A DNA stretch of 64,000 bases from Polyangia bacterium (GTDB taxonomy: Bacteria; Myxococcota_A; Polyangia; Fen-1088), in NCBI GenBank assembly GCA_036494575.1, contig DASXOE010000154.1, forward strand, positions 17,345 to 81,344, given 5' to 3'. Below are positions 29,472-37,950 of the stretch, one piece after another. The notes below the pieces were generated by a model. It was not told the origin of the DNA, made no database searches, and worked only from the letters and a program-made list of their open reading frames with translations. Made by a program: the position numbers and the translations under genes. Every line of letters starts with the position of its first letter. The stretch's first letter is position 1.

Positions 29472-30055
29472 GACGTCACCGGTCCCGCGGGCGCGAGCGG
29501 CGCGAGCGCCTGGCGCAGCGCCCCGTAGGCGCGGAACGCGCGCAGCTTGACGGCGCCCTCCGTCGTCCCGAGCACGCGCGCGATCTCAGCGAACGTCATT
29601 TCCTCGAAACGGTTGAGATGAATGACGACGCGCTGCGATTCGGGCAGGGCCTCGACGGCGCGCCGCACGGCGTCCGCCGTGTCGCCGTCGAGCGCGCCTT
29701 CGTCGCGCGTGTCGGCCGCGCGGGCCTCGTCGGCGCGCGCGAGCGCCTCTTCGTCGCCGTCCTCGGCCAGCCGCTTGCGTCTGCGAAACTCGTCGAGGCG
29801 CACGCGCGCCGCGATGGCGAAAGCCCACGGCGCGACGCGCATGCCAGTCTTGTAGGTGTCGCGCGCCCTGTGCAGCTTGAGAAACGTCACCTGGAGCAGA
29901 TCGTCGGCCGTCGCCTCCGCCGAGAACGAGCGCCGGAAAAACCGGTGCAGCCGGGGCGCCAGCCGAGCGAAGAGCTGCTCGAAAGCGCGGCGATCACCGG
30001 CAACGTATGCGGCCATCAACGTCTCGTCACTGGGTAAAGAGGGGGTGGCGTTCAT
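29468..30055 (-). CDS. RNA polymerase sigma-70 factor, ECF subfamily
   Basis: Region 2 (AEATADDLLQVTFLKL) and region 4 (TFAEIARVLGTTEGAVKLR). Start at MNATPS (ATG 30055). Confidence 0.9.
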   Translation of the reverse strand: MNATPSLPSDETLMAAYVAGDRRAFEQLFARLAPRLHRFFRRSFSAEATADDLLQVTFLKLHRARDTYKTGMRVAPWAFAIAARVRLDEFRRRKRLAEDGDEEALARADEARAADTRDEGALDGDTADAVRRAVEALPESQRVVIHLNRFEEMTFAEIARVLGTTEGAVKLRAFRAYGALRQALAPLAPAGPVTS

Positions 30056-30236
30056 GGGATCTACGTTCGGCCAGGGCCGAGGGTTACGCCGGAACGGCGA
30101 GAATGCCAAGGACCGGTTTCGGGGCGGTCAAAAGTGCGCTCCATGTAAGTTCCCAGGCTGAAGTCACGTCGGGTCGTGTTACAAACCGCCATCTAGAAGC
30201 GCTGTGTAACCTCTTCCCAAAAAAGGATTCTTTCTC

Positions 30237-30599
30237 ATGTCCACGAAACTCAGAAAGCTCTTGGGGGCTCTTGGCCTGTCTTTTGGGCTGGTGGTGGCGG
30301 TCTCTTTGGGGGGGTGCAGCAGCAGCTCCAACACTCCCGCGAAGGACGGCAGCGCCGGCAGCGGTGGCAAGGACGGCGGCGGCGACGGCGCGGCGGGAAG
30401 CGACGCCGGCACGGCGGGCACCGGCGGCAGCGACGCGGCGGCTGAGGCCGGCAGCGACGTGAGTGGCGACACCGCGACCGATGCCGGCGCCGATGCGAGC
30501 ACCGAGGTACAGAGCGAAGCCGGCACCGATGGTGGCCTACCCGAAACGGGCGGCGACCTGGGCACCGACCTGGGCGCCGATCTCGGCGCGGGCGGCTGA
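30237..30599 (+). CDS. Small Gly/Asp/Ala-rich low-complexity lipoprotein
   Basis: Signal peptide plus lipobox (VSLGGC). AAAAGGAT SD-like sequence upstream. Confidence 0.45.
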   Translation: MSTKLRKLLGALGLSFGLVVAVSLGGCSSSSNTPAKDGSAGSGGKDGGGDGAAGSDAGTAGTGGSDAAAEAGSDVSGDTATDAGADASTEVQSEAGTDGGLPETGGDLGTDLGADLGAGG

Positions 30600-30623
30600 G
30601 GGCTCGACGAATCTGACCCCGCT

Positions 30624-30654
30624 CCTCTCCCGCGAGCGACGCAAGCGGGAGAGG
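30624..30654. terminator. 10-bp GC stem hairpin (cctctcccgc / gcgggagagg) between convergent genes
   Basis: Seen directly in the sequence between the gene ending at 30599 (+) and the gene ending at 30664 (-). Confidence 0.45.
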
Positions 30655-30663
30655 GAGAGGCCC

Positions 30664-31506
30664 TCATCTGGCGGGCGGTTTGCGGGCCTTCGCCACGGCT
30701 CCCACGATCGTGATGGGGAACGCCGCGCCGTGGAAGTAGGCGTCGATGGCTTCCTTCGTGAACAGGAGGACGTCCTGCATGTCCTCGCCGCGGCCGGCGA
30801 TGCGCTTCCAGCGCGAGAGCGGTCCGAGCTCGACGAGCGGCGCGAAGAAGAATTCGCGGGCGCTCTTGAAGAGGATCTCCCAGCGCTCGACGGCGAGCTC
30901 GACGCCGGCGAGGCCGGCGCGCTCGAGCCAGGACGCGACGATGGACCCGTCAGGCACGGAGGCGACGTGCTCGGCCAGCGCCGCCACGCTCTCTGGCGTG
31001 CCGTTCTCCAGCAACACGTCACGATAGATGTCGAGGAACTCGGTCCACGATCCGCGCAACGGCGTCGTCAAGAGGAGCTGGCCGCCCGGGGCGAGGACGC
31101 GCGCGAGCTCGCGCACGGCGAACGGCGGATCCTCGAAGGCGGCCGACGCGAGATTCGAAACGACGATATCGGCGGAGGCGTCGGGGACGGGCAGGGGCGC
31201 CGCTGGCGCGCGCTCGAAGGTCACGCGCCCCGGGGCAGCGGCCTCCAGTCTGGCGCGCGCCTGCGCGACGAAGGGCGCCTCGTCGAGCGCGATGAACCGT
31301 GACGCGGCGTCGAAACGGCGCACGAGCTCGAGCGTGAGCGCGCCGGTGGCGCAGCCCACCTCGACGACGCGCGCGGCAGGCCGCACCTCGAGCGCGTCGA
31401 GGAGCATCGCCGCGAAACGTTGCCCGTAGGCCGGCGCCACCTCGGCGTCGTAGATGCGCGCGAGGCGCTCCTGCTTCTCGAGGGTGCCTGGCTTGACCGG
31501 TATCAC
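30664..31506 (-). CDS. Class I SAM-dependent methyltransferase
   Basis: Motif I VVEVGCATGALTLEL, motif II DIVVSNL, motif III LAPGGQLLL. GTG start at 31506 overlaps the upstream stop as GTGA. Confidence 0.8.
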   Translation of the reverse strand: MIPVKPGTLEKQERLARIYDAEVAPAYGQRFAAMLLDALEVRPAARVVEVGCATGALTLELVRRFDAASRFIALDEAPFVAQARARLEAAAPGRVTFERAPAAPLPVPDASADIVVSNLASAAFEDPPFAVRELARVLAPGGQLLLTTPLRGSWTEFLDIYRDVLLENGTPESVAALAEHVASVPDGSIVASWLERAGLAGVELAVERWEILFKSAREFFFAPLVELGPLSRWKRIAGRGEDMQDVLLFTKEAIDAYFHGAAFPITIVGAVAKARKPPAR

Positions 31507-32888
31507 GACTTCCCCTCGGTCTTGCCGACGGGCGCGGGCGGATGCCAGCCGCGCACGGGACCGAGCGCCCGCCGCGTCCCCTCGTAGCGGCCCGCGACGT
31601 ACTTGCAAGCCAGCAGGTAGAGCGCCGACGAGATTCGATTGAGCACGTGCGCGAGATCGGCGCGCGCGGGGGGCGCCGTGGCGCCGCCCGTCTCGGCGGG
31701 GAACGCCGCCGTGACGGCGACCTCCGCCTCGCGCGCGACGGCGCGCGCCAGGCCGAGCTTGGCCACGACCGGGCCCTGCCGCACGTCGGGGTACATGAAC
31801 GGCACGCCATAGAGCTCGTGCGTGTGGTGGGTCGCATCGCGAAGCTCGTCGTCGCCCATGCCGAAGAGGCTCACGGGGGGCGCCGGCCTGCCCGTCACCT
31901 CGGCGCCCACGAGCGACCGCGCGAGCTCGAGGATCTCGCCGAGCTCGCCCACGAGCATGCTCGCGCCCTCGGCGTCCGCCGCCGTCTGCGCGTCGAGCAC
32001 GGCGGACTGCAGGAGGTCGAGCTTGCCGCGCGCGACGATGCGCGGGTGCGTCTTGCGCACGAGCGAGGCGTCGTCGAGAAGATGCGTCAGGTGGTCGGGC
32101 TTGGTGGCGAAGCGCTCTCCCGTTTCGAGCGCGCGGTACTTGCCGTTCGGATCGAGCGCCAGTGTGGGGGCTGGGGCTGGAGCTGAAGCTGGAGCCGCCG
32201 CGCCTCCGGCGACCACGCCATGCCCGCGCGGCGCGCGGCACACGTCGACGATGGCCTCGGCGAAGGCCCGCGCCGCGGCCTCGCAGGCCGCCTGGTCCCC
32301 CACGAGATACCCGCCGCCGAAGTTCGTCTCCGACGGCGGACCGAACCACTTGGCGAGCGTCGTGCGCGCCGCCTTGCAAGCGGCGTCGAGCCCCACGATC
32401 GATTCGAGCGGCGGCGCGATGAGGTAGGCGAGGGCGCTGCCCATTGGGGCGTCGGCCAGCGGTGCGAGGTAACGACCCACCGACGCGATGACGTGCGGGA
32501 AGAAGAGCACGGGACGCCCAGGCGCCCCGGCCGTCTCGACGGCGTAGAACCAAGCTTCCGTCTCGAGGTAGGCGAGACAGGCCTCGAGCGCGGCGTCGAT
32601 CTCCGCGGGATCCTGCGCGGCGTAAATGCCGATGCACTCGCCCGACAGCGGCCCCGAGGGGTGGCTCGAGCCGGCGTAGAACGACTTCGCGTAGACGACC
32701 TCGGCGGAGGCCGCCTTTGTGCCCTCGTCGAGCGACGCGAAGAGCGCGTCGTCGGAGGTCGCCGTGACGATGCCGAGCGCCCGCTGCCGCGGCGGCAGGC
32801 CGAGGGCTTCGGCCAGCGCGGGCGCGGCGTCGTCGATGCGCCGCACGGAGAGCGCGCGCGGCTTGACGGGCGGCAGGTCGAGCTTCAC
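31503..32888 (-). CDS. eutL: Fusion protein: N-terminal EutL-type tandem BMC shell domain and C-terminal PduO-type ATP:cob(I)alamin adenosyltransferase-like domain
   Basis: Residues 1-215 align closely with E. coli EutL (LGIVTATSDDALF..EVVYAKSFYAG..AYLIAPPLESIVGLDAA..PPSETNF..GDQAACEAAARAFAEAIVDV). An Ala/Pro linker follows. Residues ~245-440 follow the Cob_adeno_trans pattern (THPRIVARGKLDLL; LGEILELARSLVGAEVTG; FMYPDVRQGPVVAKLGLARAVAREAEVAV; LNRISSALYLLACKY). GTG start overlaps the eutC stop (GTGA). Confidence 0.7.
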   Translation of the reverse strand: MKLDLPPVKPRALSVRRIDDAAPALAEALGLPPRQRALGIVTATSDDALFASLDEGTKAASAEVVYAKSFYAGSSHPSGPLSGECIGIYAAQDPAEIDAALEACLAYLETEAWFYAVETAGAPGRPVLFFPHVIASVGRYLAPLADAPMGSALAYLIAPPLESIVGLDAACKAARTTLAKWFGPPSETNFGGGYLVGDQAACEAAARAFAEAIVDVCRAPRGHGVVAGGAAAPASAPAPAPTLALDPNGKYRALETGERFATKPDHLTHLLDDASLVRKTHPRIVARGKLDLLQSAVLDAQTAADAEGASMLVGELGEILELARSLVGAEVTGRPAPPVSLFGMGDDELRDATHHTHELYGVPFMYPDVRQGPVVAKLGLARAVAREAEVAVTAAFPAETGGATAPPARADLAHVLNRISSALYLLACKYVAGRYEGTRRALGPVRGWHPPAPVGKTEGKS

Positions 32889-33739
32889 AGCACGACGCCC
32901 GACTTCTTGTCGCGCAGCACGCGCTCGAGGGCCGCGGCCACGTCGCGCGCCGCCTCGGCGGGCGGGCGGCCGCGCGGGTTGATGTTCGAGATGACCTCGC
33001 GGTCGGCGTCGGTGGCGCCCGCGGCGGGCTGGTAGATGAAGTAGGCCGAGAGCGAGTCGGCGAAGCCGAGCCCGGGCCGCTCGCCGCAGATGAAGACGGC
33101 GGCCTCGGCGCCCGTGAGGCGCGCGATTTCGTCCATGATCTTGACGCGCGAGTGACGCACGAAGAACGCGGGCGCGTGCGCGAGGCCGCGCGCGGCGAGG
33201 GCCGCGACGAGCGCGCCGTGGAACTCGGGCAGGTGCTGGTTGATGGCCGCCGCCGACAGGCCGTCGCCGTAGATGACGACGAGCCGCGGCGCTTTGCCGA
33301 TGCGCTTGCCGAGCTCGACGCGCGCCTCGTCGGACAGCGCGCGCCCGAGATCGGGGCGCTGGAGGAAGATGGCCTTGTCGGGCGCGCGCGAGGCGATCTC
33401 GAAGAGCTCGAGCCGGCGCAAGAGCGCGGCGTCGACCTCCGACAGCACGGCGTCCTTCGCGGCGGCGTGATCGGCGCGGAAGCGCAGCATCGTGTTGGTG
33501 CGGTAGCGCGTGCCCGCGCGGCCCACGGCGACGCGCGCGGGCGTCGCCGCAAGAATGGACGGCATGACGCGCGGGTCGTAGGGCTCGCCGATGTTGACGC
33601 CGCGGTCGGGCGTCAGGAGGAGCGTGCCGCCGGAGTCGAGGGGGAGAGCCGTGTCGGAGGGTTTGACGGGAGTGGCGCTCGTTTGCTTTCGGAGAGCTTC
33701 CCTCACCATGGCTTCGATGCGCGTGCGATCGATCATCAC
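32885..33739 (-). CDS. eutC: Ethanolamine ammonia-lyase small (light) subunit
   Basis: Full-length similarity to EutC (RAVGRAGTRYRT, LVVIYGDGLS, ICGERPGLG). Confidence 0.9.
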   Translation of the reverse strand: MMIDRTRIEAMVREALRKQTSATPVKPSDTALPLDSGGTLLLTPDRGVNIGEPYDPRVMPSILAATPARVAVGRAGTRYRTNTMLRFRADHAAAKDAVLSEVDAALLRRLELFEIASRAPDKAIFLQRPDLGRALSDEARVELGKRIGKAPRLVVIYGDGLSAAAINQHLPEFHGALVAALAARGLAHAPAFFVRHSRVKIMDEIARLTGAEAAVFICGERPGLGFADSLSAYFIYQPAAGATDADREVISNINPRGRPPAEAARDVAAALERVLRDKKSGVVL

Positions 33740-35101
33740 TTACCCAAAAATCGACGCGTCGCCCGCGCGCGTCGTGAGCTTGCCGTTCGACATGAGCCCG
33801 AGCTCCTCCAGCCAGGCCTCGAACTCGGGCGCGGGGCGCAGGCCCATGAGCTGCCGCAACGTCGCGTCGTCGTGGAACGAGGTCGACTGGTAGTTGAGCA
33901 TGACGTCGTCGCCCATGGGCAGACCCATGAAGAAGTTGCAGCCCGCCGTCGTGAGCAGCACCTCGAGGTTCTCGAGGTCGTTCTGGTCGGCGTCGGCGTG
34001 ATTCGTGTAGCACGCGTCGCAGCCCATCGAGATGCCGTGCAGCTTGCCCATGAAGTGGTCCTCGAGGCCGGCGCGCGTGATCTGGCGCGCGTCGTAGAGA
34101 TACTCGGGGCCGATGAAGCCGACGACCGTGTTGACGAGGAACGGGCGGTAGTGGCGCGCGAGGCCGTAGTTGCGCGCCTCGAGCGTCATCTGATCGGCGC
34201 CGTGGTGCGCGTCGGCCGAGAGCGCCGAGCCCTGGCCCGTCTCGAAGTACATGACGTTGGGGCCCGCGCACTGGCCGAGCTTGAGCGTCATGTCGTGGGC
34301 CTCGTCGAGGAGCGCGAGTGTGACGCCGAAGCTGCGCAGCGCCTTCTCCGTGCCCGCGATCGACTGGAACATGAGCCCGAGCGCGGCGCCCTGCTCGAGC
34401 GCCTTCATCTGCGTCGTGACGTGGGCGAGGCAGCAGTTCTGCGTGGGCACGCGCCACGTGCGCATGAAATCGCCTGTGGCGTTCAAGATGGCCGCCGTCT
34501 GCGTGGGATTGTCGGTCACGGGGTTGACGCCGATGACGGCGTCGCCCGCGCCGAAGGAGAGCCCGTCGCGCAGCGACGCGAGGATGCCCTCGATCGAATC
34601 GGACGGGTGGTTCGGCTGCAGGCGCACCGAGAGGCGCCCGGGGAGGCCGACGGTGTTCGTCGCGTGCACGACGACGCGAATCTTGCGCGCCGCGACGATG
34701 AGGTCGAGGTTCGTCATGAGCTTGGCGCAGGCCGCGATCATCTCGCTCGTGAGGCCGCGCCCGAGGCGCAAGAGCTCGGCGCCGTCGTTGCGATCGTCGA
34801 GCACGTACTCGCGCAGGCGCGAGACCGTCCACGACTTCACGGAGTCGTAGACCGGGCGCTGCAGGTCGTCGAAAATGAGGCGCGTCACGGCGTCTTCCTC
34901 GGGCGGCACGACCGGGTGCTCGTGCAGGTCCGCCAGGGTCAGCTCGGCGAGCACCCGCTTGGCCGCGACGCGCTCGGAGACGCTCGCCGCAGCCACGCCC
35001 GCGAGCCGATCACCCGACTTCTCCTCGTTGGCCTTCGCGAGCACGTCCTTGACGTCTCGAAACCGGTACGTGGTTCCGCGCAACGTCGCCCCGAGGTTCA
35101 T
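33740..35101 (-). CDS. eutB: Ethanolamine ammonia-lyase large (heavy) subunit
   Basis: 453 aa, the same length as E. coli EutB. Conserved throughout (YRFRDVKDVLAKANE, VNPVTDNP, MYFETGQGSA, GLPMGDDVMLNYQ). Start at MNLGAT (ATG 35101). Confidence 0.95.
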   Translation of the reverse strand: MNLGATLRGTTYRFRDVKDVLAKANEEKSGDRLAGVAAASVSERVAAKRVLAELTLADLHEHPVVPPEEDAVTRLIFDDLQRPVYDSVKSWTVSRLREYVLDDRNDGAELLRLGRGLTSEMIAACAKLMTNLDLIVAARKIRVVVHATNTVGLPGRLSVRLQPNHPSDSIEGILASLRDGLSFGAGDAVIGVNPVTDNPTQTAAILNATGDFMRTWRVPTQNCCLAHVTTQMKALEQGAALGLMFQSIAGTEKALRSFGVTLALLDEAHDMTLKLGQCAGPNVMYFETGQGSALSADAHHGADQMTLEARNYGLARHYRPFLVNTVVGFIGPEYLYDARQITRAGLEDHFMGKLHGISMGCDACYTNHADADQNDLENLEVLLTTAGCNFFMGLPMGDDVMLNYQSTSFHDDATLRQLMGLRPAPEFEAWLEELGLMSNGKLTTRAGDASIFG

Positions 35102-35124
35102 CGGAGGCGCGACCGTACCACGAA

Positions 35125-35334
35125 CTACGTCTTCGGCCTCCACGTGAAGGGCACGCGGCACATCACGCAGTCGAGCACGGTGCCCACCATCTCGCCCCGC
35201 GACGCTTCGGTGAGCACCCAGGGACGGATCTCCCAGGGCGGGTTGTGGCGGACGTGCTGCTCGTGCCCGCACTCGAGCTCGGCGATCCAGTGCTGGTTCG
35301 CGTCCTGGTGAAATCCCGTGATGCGCCGGCGCAT
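35125..35334 (-). CDS. DUF3565-family small Cys/His-rich protein
   Basis: ITGFHQDANQHWIAELECGHEQHVRHNPPW...CVMC matches the DUF3565 signature. 23 nt upstream of eutB. Confidence 0.7.
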   Translation of the reverse strand: MRRRITGFHQDANQHWIAELECGHEQHVRHNPPWEIRPWVLTEASRGEMVGTVLDCVMCRVPFTWRPKT

Positions 35335-35351
35335 CGGTTCTTCCTCGCCCT

Positions 35352-36509
35352 TCAACGACCGGCGCGCAGGAAGCGCAGGATCGTCTGCTCGGCGAGCTGC
35401 TCGCCGAGGCCCCCGAAGATGAAGTCGAAGGCGTGCTGCCCGTAGGGCACGACGAGCACCTCGTGCCGCACGCCCGCCGCGGAGAGCTTCGCGTCCATGA
35501 CCTCCGTGTGCGCGAGCGGCACGAAGGCGTCGTGGCCACCGTGCAGAAGCAGCGTGGGCGGGGCAGCCGACGTGACGTGCGTCAGCGGTGAGAGCAGCCG
35601 GAAACGTTCGGGCTGCGTCGCCGGTGTGCCGCCGACGTAGCTCCCCAGGCGGCCGGGCGTGTCGAAGACCCGCGGGTTCGTGGGGTGGTTCCAGGCCCAA
35701 ACGAGATCGGTGGGACCGTAGAACGAGATGACGGAAGCGACGTGGGTGTCCCCGGCCGCGCAGCTCGGCGGCAAAGCCGGTTCGTCCGGCGCGTAAGCGG
35801 CGAGCATCGCGAGGTGCGCGCCGGCCGAGCGCCCGAGCAGCGTGACGCGCGCCGGGTCGACCTCGACGCCGACGTCGCGCGCGTGCCGTTTGACCCAGCC
35901 GATGGCGCATTTGACGTCGCCGATGGCCGTTTGCCACGTGGGCTGCGGCCCGAGCCGGTACTGGACGTCGAAGACGGCCCAGCCGTGCTCCGCGAGCCAG
36001 GCGCTCATGCGCGGCGCGCTGCCCTTGTCGCCCGCGGACCACCCGCCCTCGTGCAGCACGATGATCGCGGGCGCGCGCGCCGCGGCGCTCGCCGGCGGCG
36101 TGGGCCGATAGACGTCGAGCGCGAGCGCCTGACCGCCAATCGTGTTGTACACCACCGTTTGCGACGGGTGACCGCCGTCCTCGTCGACGGGCGCCCGCAG
36201 GTAACGCGCGAAATCGATGGCGACGTGGTTCTTCACGCCGACGCGCAAGGCCTGCGCGGGCGGAACGCACGCGACGGCGACGATGGCGAGGCCGAGCGTC
36301 GTCTGTACGACGATCCAGGCGCGTGCCTGCGACAGGCGGGCCAATCCCGCCGCCAAGACGACGGCCGCCACGACGAAGAGGGTCTTCTCGTCGAAGAAGA
36401 TCGCGAGGTAAGACGCCGCCTTCGTTGGCGCGGGCAGGACGAGGAGGGCGGCGACGGCCGCTGCGGCGAGGGTCAAGAGAATGGAGACCCAGCGGGCCAG
36501 CGCGCGCAC
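35352..36509 (-). CDS. Membrane-anchored alpha/beta hydrolase (esterase/lipase family)
   Basis: Three N-terminal TM helices. HGGGW oxyanion motif variant (LHEGGWSAGD), GRSAG nucleophile elbow and catalytic His (GQHAF). Confidence 0.8.
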   Translation of the reverse strand: MRALARWVSILLTLAAAAVAALLVLPAPTKAASYLAIFFDEKTLFVVAAVVLAAGLARLSQARAWIVVQTTLGLAIVAVACVPPAQALRVGVKNHVAIDFARYLRAPVDEDGGHPSQTVVYNTIGGQALALDVYRPTPPASAAARAPAIIVLHEGGWSAGDKGSAPRMSAWLAEHGWAVFDVQYRLGPQPTWQTAIGDVKCAIGWVKRHARDVGVEVDPARVTLLGRSAGAHLAMLAAYAPDEPALPPSCAAGDTHVASVISFYGPTDLVWAWNHPTNPRVFDTPGRLGSYVGGTPATQPERFRLLSPLTHVTSAAPPTLLLHGGHDAFVPLAHTEVMDAKLSAAGVRHEVLVVPYGQHAFDFIFGGLGEQLAEQTILRFLRAGR

Positions 36510-36554
36510 GGACAGACACTACCACGCGGTCGTGCGCGTCCCGATCTCAGGCCT

Positions 36555-37411
36555 TCACGACCGATGCCGACTTCGGAAGCTTCGGGCGGGTTCTTCCCGT
36601 TCGTCTGCATGCCCCGCTGGCCGCGTTCCCTCGTCGTTGACCTTCACGAGGGGGGCCAGGAATGCGTTCAGAGCCGCCACGACGGGGGCGGGGACGTCGT
36701 GGCCGCCGTCGAAGGGCACCCAGGTCACCTTCAGGCCCGCGGCGGCGAGCTCGTGCGCGAAGCTTTCGTCGGCGGCGAAAGGCAGGATGCGATCGGCGCG
36801 GCCGTGCGAAATGAAGACCGGCAGGCCGGCCCGTCGCGCGAAGCCGCGCCGCCAGGTCGCGACGTCCACCGGGGTCCCCGAAAGGAGCACGAGCGCCGTG
36901 ATGACGTCGTCCGTCGTGAACGCGATCTCGCTCGCGACCATGGCGCCTTGCGAGAAGCCCCCGAGCACGAGGGGGCCGGACGAGGCGCGCTCGCGGACGA
37001 GCGCGCGCACGCTCGCAGCGGCGACGTCGATGCCCGGGGGGTGGAACGCGGCGAGGTCCGGCAGCTGGCTGCCCGCGTGAACGTGAGATTCGAGGTCGAG
37101 CCGCCACCAGGCCCGGCCGCCGATCGGACCGTCTGGCGGGCGGGTCGCCTCGGGAGCTTGCGGGAAAATGTACCGGGTCCCGGGCGGCAAGACGATCGTC
37201 GTCGCGAACGGCACCCAATCGGTCGCCTTCGCGGCGTATCCGTGGAGCAGCACGAGCGTCGGTGGTCCCTCGCCGCCGCGCACGACGGCGGCGAGGTGCG
37301 ACAGGTGGGTGCGGCCCGCATGCGACGCGGCGCCCACGAGGAGGGAAGCGAACGCCAGGGCGGCCAGAGCCGGCGCACGGTGCGGATGACGCCTCGCCTC
37401 GGGTGTGCTCA
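36555..37411 (-). CDS. Secreted phospholipase/carboxylesterase-family alpha/beta hydrolase
   Basis: Signal peptide. LLHGYAA, GFSQGA nucleophile elbow, GxHD. GTG start inferred at 37411. Confidence 0.7.
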
Positions 37412-37624
37412 CGAGCCTCGAACATAAGACCGCGCGGCCGGAGGAGAAGAGCGCAGCGCTCCTGAATCGTCGCCCTCGGGCGTCGACTCGACCTGCGCGT
37501 CCTCGACGGGACCTTTGCGGCTCACCAGAACGCTCGACCGTGGTCGCGGGCGTTCTGTTCCGCGGGTCGCAAAACCGGCCGATCGGAAGGACCTGGCCGC
37601 GGCGCGACCGCGCGGAGGAGGTCG

Positions 37625-37798
37625 TCAGCAGACCGAAGAGAGGGCGCGGCTGTGGTTGCCGGTGGCGAGGCCGCCGGCCTTGACGGCGGAGCGGACCTTG
37701 AGGCCGGCGCGGTTGTGGTTGCCGGTGGCGAGGCCGCCGGCCTTGATTCCGGCCTTGATCGCGAGGGTCGTCTTCGTGGTCTTCGTCGAGGTCGTCAT
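37625..37798 (-). CDS. 57-aa internally repeated small protein (Thr/Lys-rich N-terminus, 2x KAGGLATGNH[NS]RA repeat)
   Basis: Very strong SD (AAGGAGA) with 6-nt spacing to the ATG. A ~36-bp direct repeat in the DNA gives two near-identical peptide repeats. Ends ...SSVC. Confidence 0.5.
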   Translation of the reverse strand: MTTSTKTTKTTLAIKAGIKAGGLATGNHNRAGLKVRSAVKAGGLATGNHSRALSSVC

Positions 37799-37950
37799 TT
37801 TCATTCTCCTTGGTTCGTTGTTGGCGTTGGGGACGCCTGACCTCGATTGCAGCTGGCGTGCCAGCACGAACCCCGCAGAAACTGCGGTGTTTGCGCGCGC
37901 GCGCTCGTGTGCGCGAAGGTGAAGGCAGAGCCTTCGCGCTCGTCATATGA

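Noticed and set aside
30664-33552. 962-aa ORF suggesting one giant protein spanning the methyltransferase through eutC
   Set aside because: Only the C-terminal 281 aa (from the GTG at 31506) has methyltransferase character. The upstream part is out-of-frame read-through of eutL/eutC with Arg/Ser-rich junk translation.
31503-34832. 1109-aa ORF implying a huge protein covering eutB, eutC and eutL
   Set aside because: Only the last 461 codons (from the GTG at 32888) are coding-like and homologous (EutL + ATR). The rest is an alternative frame across eutC and eutB.
31503-36509. Idea that this is a full bacterial-microcompartment (metabolosome) locus
   Set aside because: Apart from the single EutL-type domain there are no BMC-H (PF00936 hexamer), BMC-P (EutN/CcmL), aldehyde dehydrogenase, phosphotransacetylase or EutA genes in the 30 kb around it. 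I therefore interpret the EutL domain as a soluble fusion module rather than as evidence of a shell.
36547-37425. Alternative-frame ORFs (36547..37425 -, 36731..37378 -) over the second hydrolase gene
   Set aside because: Same strand but different frames from the homologous alpha/beta-hydrolase reading frame (GFSQGA nucleophile elbow). Their translations are Arg-rich.
37625-37867. Small repeat peptide as a lasso-peptide/RiPP precursor
   Set aside because: No B/C maturase, cyclodehydratase, radical-SAM or peptidase-containing ABC transporter is adjacent, and the repeat does not place Thr at -2 of a plausible core. It is kept only as a small repeat protein.
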